DNA from: Flaccisagitta enflata | Lineage: Eukaryota | DNA length: 64,000 nt | Assembly (NCBI GenBank): GCA_965153355.1 | Contig: OZ231126.1 | Coordinates: 46,314,001 to 46,378,000 of the forward strand | Direction of reading: 5' to 3' | In this document: positions 53,801 through 63,528 of the stretch, piece after piece | Layout of the letters: each line of letters starts with the position of its first letter | Position numbering within the stretch: the stretch's first letter is position 1 | Notes under the pieces: model-generated | Databases searched by the model: none | What the model saw: the letters and a program-made list of their open reading frames with translations, nothing else | What the model was told of the DNA's origin: nothing | Program-made: the position numbers and the translations under genes

Positions 53801-56800
53801 TAAACCAATATTGAGCAGGTTAAATCATAACCATGAACTATAAGTTGCTGCCTAATTAGTACCTGCCCTATAGTAGGCGCCATCTTCGAAAAGGGCGAGA
53901 ACCAAGTCTCCAACCTCAACAACTTCCGGTTGCAGATTTTCCATCTCTAAAATGCTGGCCTCCACGGCGCTCAGAACGTCCAAAAACTCGGGGATGACAA
54001 CCTGATTGAAGCATTGAAAAAGTGAGATTCCAAGGTAGACACAATATGGATTCTGAGATTCCACCCAAACAGTTCTGCTTTACGTTCCCTACCATACCAG
54101 TCACACTACTGAAATAATGAACGTGTGTGATTGCGGTATTCAATGTTTTTAACTATTACTCATGCACCCTTTACATCATTGTAATTGGCTTGATTTTCAC
54201 ATGCATCGATCACCATGAGCCTTCAAAAGACGAAAGCCGAATTGAGAAAGAAACCTGAACGTAGATTTGCGTGAGAGAAATAACTTCCGTGATAACGATT
54301 TTCTTCGATTCGCCCACCTCGGGCACGTAAGGACATGGAGGAATTGCTTCGGCGCGAAATGTGGTCGAGGGAGGTGGTACGGACGATGCCGTGGCAGGGG
54401 ATTTGGTAGCCGCTGTGGGAGCCGACGGCGACTGAACGGTACGGAGTTTGACGATACCGGAGGCGGCGAGAACGTCCAGAACGTTGAGCGTCTTGGCGCT
54501 GTCTTTGATGACGGCGTTGATGGACGGCCGCTTGGAAGGCGCCAGAGGCGCGGAAACGTCGTTGACGGGTTGGGTTTTGGAAATGGAGATGTCAAAGGTG
54601 GGAGTTTCAACAGTGAGTTGAGCAACGGTGGTGGCGTCGAGGGTCCCAGTCGGAATGATGTACGCTTCATCGTTAAGCGATACGGGGAAGGACAAAGGGG
54701 GAATTTCTGTGGCACGCGCTGGTAAAGCCAAGGCGGAGGAGCCGGGAGCGACGTAGCAATTACCGTAGTCCACAAAATGAACCGCGATTTTACCACCATC
54801 CTGATAATGCAAATGAACGTAGATTTTCTTTCTCATCTCATTGAACCCTCCCAAACAAATTGAGCAATCAAGCTAAACAAAGGGGGGGGGGGGGCAAGCT
54901 AAAAATGTTTTTAGCAGTTTTAAGCCATTTTTAGCAAGAAATTTTTTAAAAGAGGACCCCCTTTTTTTAAGGGTCATACTGCTAAAAATTTGCGGAAAAT
55001 TTGCTAAAAACATGCTAAAATGTTTATGTACCCTTTAAATTTTAGCGACTGCTAAAATGTTGCTATAATATTGCTAAAATGGGTCGCTCTTCTTGAGTTT
55101 CGTTTTAGCAACATTTTAGCATAACTTTAGCAACATTTTATCATAATTTTAGCAACATTTTATCATAATTTTAGCAACATTTCAGCAACATTTCAGCAAA
55201 TTTTCATCATTATCATAGCATCATTCCATAATCCTCAAGTAAGTTTTTACCAACTTTTTCGCAAATGTCACAAAACTTTTAGCAAGTTTTTAGTAACTAA
55301 TATCACAATTTCATAAGCCTTTGAGCAAGTTTTAAGTGACTCTTTAGCAGACTTATAAAAGCCTTTTAGCAAGAAAATTCTTTTTTTTTTCTATGTCATG
55401 GCTTTTTAGCGGGATTTTCAGCAACTAAGAAATTTATGTCTTTAGCAGCCATTTTCTTAAAAAGGGAACCCCATTGAAAAAAAGAATTTAGCAACTTCTT
55501 AGCACGTCAAAAAAGGGGACCCCGTTGCTAAAAACTGCTAAAAACATTTTTAGCTTTCCCCCCTGTAAACACGATCACACACCTGTAAACTCAATACTTC
55601 AGCGCGATACAGGCATCCGTCGATGAAAGGAACAGCCAAAAGGTCACCGGCCTGAATCTCCGACTGGACTGGGTCCAGCGTCGCACCCATAAGCAAGGCC
55701 AAAGCCTCGCTGGCCGCCGCGAAGTCGTCCGTCAGACACTGCACATAGACTCTTTGCAAGCTCTGCACGTCGGTAATCAGAATCACGGCAGGCTGTGGAG
55801 CATCAGGTGCGGGTACGAACGCACATAAAGGCAACTTGTCAGCTCGAGGATTGACAGCCTTGGGGGCCGACTTTTTGTTGGGAAGATTCAGAGCTTTGAG
55901 CAAGTCTTGTCCATCCGCCGTGAGGACCTCGACGACTCCGGCATTAGCCGACAGTCGAATCACCACCTCGGGCTGGGATGTGATAGCCGCAATCACTTCG
56001 GGACTCGCGGCGCCGGTCGTGTCATAGGGAAGTTCCTCATCCAAGGGCGCCCAGAATCCCAACGTCGGCAGACGAGCGATGTCCGATGAAGCCGGGAGGC
56101 AATTGGCTTTCTCGACGCTGTTTGTGTTGCCGAAATCGAGGAATCGGACGCCAACTGCGCCGGAAGTGGCGTCAATAGATTCCACCACGGCGCGATAATA
56201 TGCGCCATCGACATCTGTAGCCAACAGCAACTCACCAACGCCGGGATTCGCGGCTGAGGTTGTTCGTCCTTGCCACGCCTGGATTTAGGTGATTAGGGGC
56301 GGAGTGAGTTAGTCACTTATTGAAATAATCAGAAATAGAGAAGAAAGAAGGAAAGATGGCAAAAAGGAAAGAAAGAGGGAAAGAAGGAAAGAAAGAGGGA
56401 AATAAGGAGAGAAAGAGGGAATAAAGGAAAGAAAGAAGGCAATAAAGAAAGAATGGAAGAAAGAAGGCAAGAAAGAAGGAAAGAAGGCAATAAAGAAGGA
56501 AAGAAAGAAGGCAATAAAGAAGGAAAGAAAGAATAAAGAGAGAAGGATAGAAAGGGATGAAAGAAGGGGGAAGATGAGAAGAAAGAAAAGAAGATGAGAA
56601 AGGAGGAAAGAAAGGAGGCAAGAACGAAGGATTGAAAGAAAGAAAGAAAAAAAGGAAAGAAAGAAGGAAAGAAGGAAAGAAAGAAGGAAAGAAGGAGGAA
56701 AGACAGAAGGATAGAAAGAAGGAAGGAAAGACAGAAGGATAGAAAGAAGGAAAGAAGGAAGGAAAGAAAAAAGAAAGAAGGAAAGAAAGAAGGCAATAAA

Positions 56801-59800
56801 TAAGGAAAGAAAGAAGAAAAGAGAGAAGGATATAAAGAGATGAAAGAAGGGGGAAGATGGGAAGAAAGAAGGGAAGAAAGAAAAAAAAAAGATGAGAAAG
56901 GAGAAAAGGAAGGAGGCAAGAACGAAGGATTGAAAGAAAGAAAGAAAAAAAGGAAAGAGAAGGAAAGAAGGAAAGAAAGAAGGAAAGACAGAAGGAAAGA
57001 AGGAAGGAAAGAAAGAAGGATAGAAAGAAAGAAGGAGGAAAGAAAGAAGGAAAGAAGGAAAGAAAGAAAGAAGGAAAGACAGAAAGAAAGAAAGAAGGAA
57101 AGAAAGAAGGAAAGAAAGGAGAGAAAGAAGGAAAGAAAGAGTGAAAAAAAGAAGGAAAGAGAGAAGGAAAGAAAGAAGGAAAGAGAGAAGGTAAGAAAGA
57201 AGGTAAGAAAAAAGGAAAGACAGTTAAGAAGGAAAGACAGAAGTTAATAAAGAAGGAAAGAAGGAAGGTAAGAGAGAAAGAAGGAAAGACAGAGAGAAGG
57301 AATGAAGAACAGAAAGAAGGAACGAAAAACAGAAAGAAGGAATGAAGAACAGAAAGAAGGGAAGAAAGTAAGGAGGAAAGAAAGAAGAAGTCCTGAGAGA
57401 AAGAGTGACGGAAAGAAAGAGAGATGGAAAGAAAAAAAGATGGAAAGAAAGCAAGCTGGAAAGAAAGTAAGCTGGAAAGAAAGTATGATGGAAAGAAAGT
57501 ATGATGGAAAGAAAGTATGATGGAAAGAATGTATGATGGAAAGAAAGTATGATGGAAAGAAAGAAGGAAAGAAAGAAAGATGGAAAGAGAATGATGGAAA
57601 GAGAATGATGGAAAGAGAATGATGGAAAGAAAGAAAGATGGAAAGAAAGGTGGAAAGAAAGAAAGAAGGAAAGAGAGAGAAGAGAAAATCTGAAAGAAAG
57701 AAAAGAAAAAAAAGACAGAATGGGAGAAAAAAAAACTATTTTAAAATGAGCAGGCTCCCTTACCTTCGTTATCTCATCGTTTACATTGACCATGAGCGCC
57801 TTGTTGTCATCCGTGAGTGGTTGCACGAAGACATTCTGCCAATCTTCAATATGAGGAATCAAGGCTGGAAAACTTTTGACGCTGCTCAATTGTTCTACGG
57901 CGAAGAGAGGGACGGACTCGGCCATAATCTTTGGTGGCGGTGCGACTTGAACGGTGGGAACTGGAGCTTGGGTCGTGGCGTGTCCAGAGGACACCAACAA
58001 GTCGGCAAGAGAGACACCATCTCCTCGCTTGGCGATGACGGAAACGACGCCATCGGTAGATTTTCCTACGACTTGAACGGACACGGGTCCGAAAATGGGA
58101 AATTGCTCCTCCACATAAGCCGATGATTCCGGCGCCCATTCCAAAGCGCCTTCCGGCAGCGGATACAGAGGCGGAGACGTCTCGCAGCAAATGGCGAGTG
58201 AGGGTAAATTGGAGTGGAGCGAAGTTGCCGTCATGGGTCGTAACTGAGCGGGATTAAGCATCGCGTCTTCGCCGTAATCGAGGTATCGGATGGAGACGAG
58301 TCCCGATGAGTCGACGGGTGAAGTGACTCGAGCGCGAGACCACTGACCATCGGCGACCACCCAAGCGGCAACAAAATCGCCTGAACAGATAAGAGGATTA
58401 AACAGAAAATCATCAAATTACGTTCATTTGTTATTTTGTGTTTTCATTGATTAACCAACCAAATCATCATACCGACGGCAGGGGCGAAGTTTGGATTCGG
58501 TGGTGAACCGGCATAAATACGATTCAACTCCTCGCTCACGCCGGCGAATCTTCCTATGACTTCGTCATCTACTTTCCAAATGGAAAAGCGACCGGGCTTG
58601 GCGTGATAGACGATCGTGGCTTCGATCATGTCGCCGATGTTTACGTCATCGCCGGCGGAAGAAAGATGAAGAGGAGGTGGCGATGGTTCTTTAGGGGGCC
58701 GCTGAGCATCGACGGGTTCGGACTTGGCCGATATCTCCGGTGGACGAATCCAATCGGCGTATCCAGCGTTGACGAAGACGGTCGCCAAATCGTCGTCGCC
58801 ACATCTGATGTCGACCTGAAAGAGACGAATATTAAGGAAAAGTGGGAATACATGAAGCTGAATTAAAAACTATGTTCTTGACGTGAAACCACTTGATATC
58901 TGATCAACTCATTCCCTCGTTATCATTTAACAAAACAGATATCAGGTTTAAAGTTACTTCGTCATTACCCGTCATTACGAGGTTCAACCATGTTTCGTAC
59001 CTTGTGTCTCGGAAAAAGAGAGTCCGCCGCTTGATTTTCTCTGACGACAATTTTCAATTCCTTGAGCAGCAATTGTTTGAACAACGCCTGAACGTCGGCG
59101 GGCCAAACCAGCGCCCCATTCTTGGGAACAACGTTGGCCAAGGCGCAAGGAACAACTCTCGAGGGCAATTCGGCGAATTCCGCCGGCAAAGGGCGAATGT
59201 CGGACAACTGCGTCGAGGCCGAGTTACCGTAATCGGTGAACCACAAAATCGGGTTGCCATCGACCGTTTGCGAGCCCGGTTTAATTACGATGGCGCGAGA
59301 AAACTGCTCCTCGAAAAACGCCAGTACGGCGCGACCAAGGCCACAAACGTCGTCGTCGTTACCACCTGCTGCAGTGATAGCCGGCATTTGCCGTAAAGAC
59401 GTCGTCAAACCGGCTAGAGTGGACTCCATGGAAATATAGCGCACGTCGTCGGCCGACTCGAGAACGGCGAAATCTCCCGGGCCGGTGGCGTCAAAAACGG
59501 ACAGAGAAGCTGAGGAACCCACTTTCAAGGTGCGGACTTCAACACGCGGCGAAGACGTCGCGGACGCGGCAACTGACAGAGGGGAAAATGGCCGAACGGT
59601 AGAAGGAATCGAATAATAATTCACAGTAACGAGCGATACGTCGATTCAGTTCTTGAGAAGAGCGATGTGAGACAATCCAGACCAGAGTCGAAAGTTGTAA
59701 AATGAAAGCAAAGTGAAAAAGATAGACGTGGAAGAACGCCAAAATTTTGAGAATCATACCGGGACCTTCCCTGGAATCCTTGACCGATTGGAGTTTCTTC

Positions 59801-61309
59801 TTTGCGCAGACGTTGCGATGAACGGGCCAATCTTCAGTTTGACACTCTCGAGAGCAGTAAGGCTCTTTGCACGATCCACACTGTTGTCCCGCTTGCTTAC
59901 CACATCCGACGCAAATGCGTTGACTCCTGAGTCTCGGAGAAGCGGATCGCTGCCGATGGCAAAGAGAGAGGGAAGGGTACATGACAAATTTGAGGGGATT
60001 ATTTCATATGTTCCAAGAATACAGTTCATATGTTTTAAAATGGTATGAAATGGTTTAAAATGGTTTAAAATGGTTTGAAAGGTTTTGAAATGCTTCCAAA
60101 TGTTTTCAAATATTTTCGAATGTAATAAAATTTCATACGTTCCAGGAATTCAGTTCAAATTTATCATGAGAGACAGTAAGTCTAGTCAATTTAGGATAAA
60201 TATTGTACAAAGATGAGGACAAGGAACAATTACGATAATAGATGAACAAGGGCAGCACCTATAACATGCTTTAAGTCGCGTGCGGGACATAAACAACTTC
60301 AGATGACTTAAATTGACTTTAAATGACTCAAGATGACCTGAATTGACTTAGAATGACTTAAATGACTAAATTGACCTCATTGACTCAAGTGACATAACAT
60401 AACATAATATGACTTAAAATGACTTAGAATGATTTTGAGTCACTTATAATGACTTCAAGTCACTTATGACTATGGCATTTGGGAAGGAGCTGTGAGCCCA
60501 AAAGACTTAAAAACGCCAAAAAGTAAAAAGGGGACCGACTGACCAACCAACCGACAAAGCGGGGTGTAGAGTCGTGTTGCACGCGACTAAAAAGGAGGAA
60601 ACGCGCAAAAGCAAGAATCGAGAAGAGCAATAAACAGATGAATGCATAAAGAGATGAAATCATTGAGTCGAGAGAACGTCACAAAAACTAAGAAGTACGA
60701 AACCTGAGCTTGAGACATCTCGGTAGCAAAGGCTTCTTCCTCCATCTTTTGTTGCTTCCTTTTGGCAAGCTCCTCGTCGGACAGCGCAATGGCGACTTTA
60801 ATTTGATGAGCTTCGTCAATTTTGGTTCCATTGAGCGCCTCGATGGCGGCGCTGGCTTCTCGAAAACTGCCGTATGTGACCCACAGACGGGACAACTGTG
60901 GATTCGTCGCGTCGGAACTGCGACTGATCTCATTAACTTCTCCATATTTGGCAAACATTTCTTCCAGTGAAGTTGTGGTGCAGCGGCGTGGAATACCTAC
61001 GGAAAGCAGAGGTGTACTCAATGTTAACCGTAACAGGAAAAAATATGAAGTGGTAGCATTGAACCATCACATCACATCCACGGCAAAAATACCGGTTATG
61101 TACAGCTTGGTGATCCTCTTTTCAGCCGCGTCCCTCCGCATTATCTGCACTTGACGAGCATCACCATTAGCGACGACGCCATTCAACCTTTGCTGCTGCG
61201 CGTGGAGATCCGCGCCGATCCCGCGTTGATACGAGTTGAAGTTGGCATTGACGTGGGCATCCGCACTCGGATCCCACGTGTCCAAACGGACGGAGCCACA
61301 CACGGACAT
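41304..61309 (-). CDS. Multi-Tudor protein: RRM + MYND zinc finger + 8 extended Tudor domains + C-terminal coiled coil (Vreteno/TDRD1-like), ~2220 aa
   Basis: 19 phase-consistent GT-AG exons: 61309-61093, 60996-60704 (RRM), 59949-59760 ([30 protein letters not shown]), 59572-59001, 58815-58473, 58380-57764, 56278-55583, 54800-54255, 54001-53863, 53760-53624, 51880-51764, 51568-51139, 50350-50159, 49794-49501, 48379-48060, 47965-47828, 47732-47019, 42133-42088, 41965-41304. Eight [FY]xD[YF]G[NE] Tudor signatures, each preceded by an xxRA strand. Kozak-like CCACCGCCATG start. Confidence 0.92.
44873..45423. mobile_element. Near-fully palindromic Tc1/mariner-type MITE (TA TSD), nested in a TIR element at ~44575-45650
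   Basis: TA|TAGTAGATCTCGTCTAGACTTGAGATAACGGGGGCAAG...CTTGCCCCCGTTATCTCAAGTCTAGACGAGATCTACTG|TA. The outer element has TIR GCATTTGGGTGTGTCAATATGCAAAA / TTTTGCATATTGACACACCCAAATGC. Confidence 0.88.
48405..49403 (+). mobile_element. Helentron-like element (family C) in intron 14 of the Tudor gene
   Basis: 5' AACAACAGTCCTCGAC; 3' hairpin GTCCTCGACG-taaactgat-CGTCGAGGAC followed by an A run; internal 18-bp and ~165-bp tandem repeats. Confidence 0.6.
48437..48613. repeat. 18-bp minisatellite (GTCTGACCCGGCTACTCA) x~10
   Basis: Near-perfect tandem copies with no spacers. Confidence 0.95.
52208..52929. mobile_element. MITE with CAGGGG termini and a 6-bp TSD (AGAAAA)
   Basis: CAGGGGGGGGGAAGGCTAAAATCTTTTTAGCAC / GTGCTAAAAAGATTTTAGCCTTCCCCCCCTG; AGAAAA at 52202-52207 and 52930-52935; many TTTTAGCA repeats. 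Confidence 0.88.
54880..55565. mobile_element. Related MITE with a 6-bp TSD (TAAACA)
   Basis: (A)AGGGG...AAGCTAAAAATGTTTTTAGCAG / CTGCTAAAAACATTTTTAGCTTTCCCCCCTG; TAAACA at 54874-54879 and 55566-55571. Confidence 0.82.
56335..57720. repeat. ~1.4 kb purine-rich (GAAA/GGAA) low-complexity tract in Tudor intron 6; a similar tract lies at 50430-51060
   Basis: The plus strand is overwhelmingly A/G. Confidence 0.95.
60246..60592 (+). mobile_element. Family A element in intron 2 of the Tudor gene
   Basis: AACAAGG...AGTCGCGTGCGGG, (AATGACTTA)n array, GACC microsatellite, AGTCGTGTTGCACGCGACTAAAA. Confidence 0.7.
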
Positions 61310-61646
61310 GGCGGTGGAAGATGTGGATTAATCGCGTATGGTTGTAACGTGTAAGCGTTTCTACTTATTATGTTGATGCCCTTAAATGGGTATAGGTTAG
61401 AACTCTGCAAAGACACCAAGCCGTAAATTTATGAGGCATAGTTGTGAACGGAAAATCGTGAGTGCGCGTGTTACGAAATACTACCAGTCACGTTAACAAT
61501 AACAAGCGACTGATGAATAAATATTCCAACAAAAACAAAGATAGAATTTGTAGCATGGAGTACAAAGTGATTGACAAGCAGGTATTTGGAAGAATGGCAC
61601 TTGAATGAATAAGAACAACGTTACTTCAACTGATCAGTTCCACGCG

Positions 61647-62717
61647 TCATAACATTTCCGCCAGGTCCATAATGGAACCGACGTAAAAATCAGGCAAAAG
61701 AGAACGTAACGGCATTCCGTGGTGGGTTCCACCTTCATTAGACTGAACAATCTGCATGATGTCGACTGACGTGACGCCCGAGAGTACGGCGATGGACGCG
61801 ATGCCATTTCTTCTGGCGAACCCCACATCTGACCTCAAACTGTCGCCGACCATGCAGGCCCTCGTGGCGTCGAAATCCGGCACATTTGCGCAAATCGCCT
61901 CCAAGATGGCGGGGCCGGGTTTCCCGATGTAGGTCGGCTGTCTATCCGAGCAAGTGGCTATGCATTGTGCCAGACTCCCGGCTATAGGTTGAACGCGTCC
62001 CGGGGAGAACTCATAACCAGTTTCCCACGAAGTAGCGAGAAAGTGACACCGCCAATCACCGACATCGTCGCATCTCTTTAAATAACTCGCGGCTTTCGTC
62101 AGCTTCATGAAATTAAAATGCTCGTCCTGGCCGACCACAACGACTTTGACATCGTCAACCAGCGGAATAGCGAGAATGTCTGCCAACTCGTAAGAAGGCG
62201 GAGTGTTATCCGCGCCATTACCAAAATGATTGATTCCATGAGTTGTGAGTTCTTCCTCCAACCCTTTGGATCCCATCAAATACACCGAGTCGTTCGGCTT
62301 CTCCAAAAGCTGCTCCAACTTAAAGCGCATGACTCGATTGACGCTGAAATTTTCGTTTGGAGAGCAAACGTAACCCGTCATCCGATGAATTTTGTCGTTG
62401 AGCGCTTGCGTCGAGGGAATGCTGTTATTGGAGGCGAACAAGATGGCTTTCCCTTTGTCTCTTAACTTGCCCAGTGCGTGCTGCACGCGATCAAACCTTT
62501 GAGCGTGATCAACGTGCCAAATCACGCCGTCGCAATCCAAAATGAGGGTGTCGAAACGATCTAATATCTCCAGCGCGTTTCTTTTCGTGATTTCAACCGG
62601 CCATGAAGATGAGTGAGAAGAAAAGTTTTTGACTAGAGTTGCGGACAATGCATGGAAGGCACATCGGAATGGCGCATTCACAAGTGTCATGTTAGGTTTT
62701 GCTAAAAAAGCTGCCAT
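61647..62717 (-). CDS. HAD-superfamily subfamily IIA phosphatase (PGP/G3PP- or pyridoxal phosphatase-like), intronless, 356 aa
   Basis: Uninterrupted ORF with HAD motifs I (LILDCDGVIW), II (ASNNS), III (IGKPG) and IV (MVGDSLRSDV, followed by VLSGVT). The N-terminal ~40 aa lack acidic residues, so a targeting peptide is possible. Confidence 0.93.
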   Translation of the reverse strand: MAAFLAKPNMTLVNAPFRCAFHALSATLVKNFSSHSSSWPVEITKRNALEILDRFDTLILDCDGVIWHVDHAQRFDRVQHALGKLRDKGKAILFASNNSIPSTQALNDKIHRMTGYVCSPNENFSVNRVMRFKLEQLLEKPNDSVYLMGSKGLEEELTTHGINHFGNGADNTPPSYELADILAIPLVDDVKVVVVGQDEHFNFMKLTKAASYLKRCDDVGDWRCHFLATSWETGYEFSPGRVQPIAGSLAQCIATCSDRQPTYIGKPGPAILEAICANVPDFDATRACMVGDSLRSDVGFARRNGIASIAVLSGVTSVDIMQIVQSNEGGTHHGMPLRSLLPDFYVGSIMDLAEML

Positions 62718-62775
62718 TCTAAAAAAAGTGTATTTCTGGCGAGGGGAGAAACTGGGGGTGCATGAACATTAACAA

Positions 62776-62855
62776 CTTCATTTGAAATATATTATCCGTT
62801 TGACAACGAGCTCCTATGAAAAGCCTTTCATCATCAAACATCATGCCAAATGAAG
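62776..62855 (-). promoter_or_regulatory. SECIS element (type II) in the SPS 3' UTR
   Basis: Sense strand: CUUCAUUUG-gc-AUGA-UGUUUGAUGAUG-AAA-GGCUUUU-cau-AGGAGCU-CGUUGUCAAACG-GA-uaauauauuu-CAAAUGAAG. It shows a 9-bp helix I, AUGA/GA core, 12-bp helix II, unpaired AAA and an apical mini-stem, and lies ~220 nt after the SPS stop. Confidence 0.92.
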
Positions 62856-63075
62856 ATGAAGTTGAATCAAGCATTCTGGTGTACATCATGAACCATTATT
62901 CCATTAACAATTGCAATTCCAATCTACTGACCAACCATGATCAATATAAAAAGTTTCATTTGAATTAAATCAAAAAAATTGAGACCAATAAAGTAAAATC
63001 AAACGACTAGCGGTTGGCTCATTGAACAAGAAACAGGAGCGCACAAAAACTGGAAATGTGAACGCCGAAAGTCCT

Positions 63076-63528
63076 CTACCACAACTCATCTTCCCTCTCG
63101 ACTGAAGGAACTTCCGTGATTCGCGGATTGTCAATGATTCGCGCAGTTCTTCCACCACACACAACCTCGCCAACGACCCTGATAGTGATAGACGATCAAG
63201 TTTCAGAGATCAGCAAATTATACTGTACACCGCGCATTTTCTTGATGATAAAACAGTCGCCACAATGACCCAGCTTTTCTATGAGAACCTCAAAGCTTTA
63301 AGAAATACACAAAAATCCTCACCAAGCCGGCAATCCTTCCTCCTCACAAATATCTTTCACAAAAGCATCCGCGGCTTCCTTTGGTATGCAGAGGAGCAGC
63401 CCTCCACTGGTCTCCGCAGAATATCCTTGCAGCAACCCAAATGCGATGCCACAAGTTTTGGCGACCGGAACCATTTTAGCGATGATCGGAAGATTATCAA
63501 TCACAAACTCAACTTCGTTTTTCTGAAC
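63076..63528 (-). CDS. SEPHS2: Selenophosphate synthetase (selenide, water dikinase), last two coding exons; the 5' part lies beyond the window
   Basis: Exon 63528-63323 (tttcag|[19 protein letters not shown]...[17 protein letters not shown]...EEGLPA-TG|gtgag) splices in phase to exon 63178-63076 (tatcag|[37 protein letters not shown]). ETSGGLL and RTARIIDxPRIxEV are SelD/SPS C-terminal motifs. The SPS2 (Sec) call rests on the downstream SECIS; the Sec UGA itself is outside the window. Confidence 0.93.

Noticed and set aside
61647-61649. HAD stop codon is UGA near a SECIS, so possible Sec readthrough
   Set aside because: The SECIS is upstream of this ORF, the HAD domain is already complete, and another stop follows six codons later.
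47299-62465. Plus-strand ORFs overlapping Tudor and HAD exons
   Set aside because: Antisense shadows of GC-richer coding exons with no independent signals.
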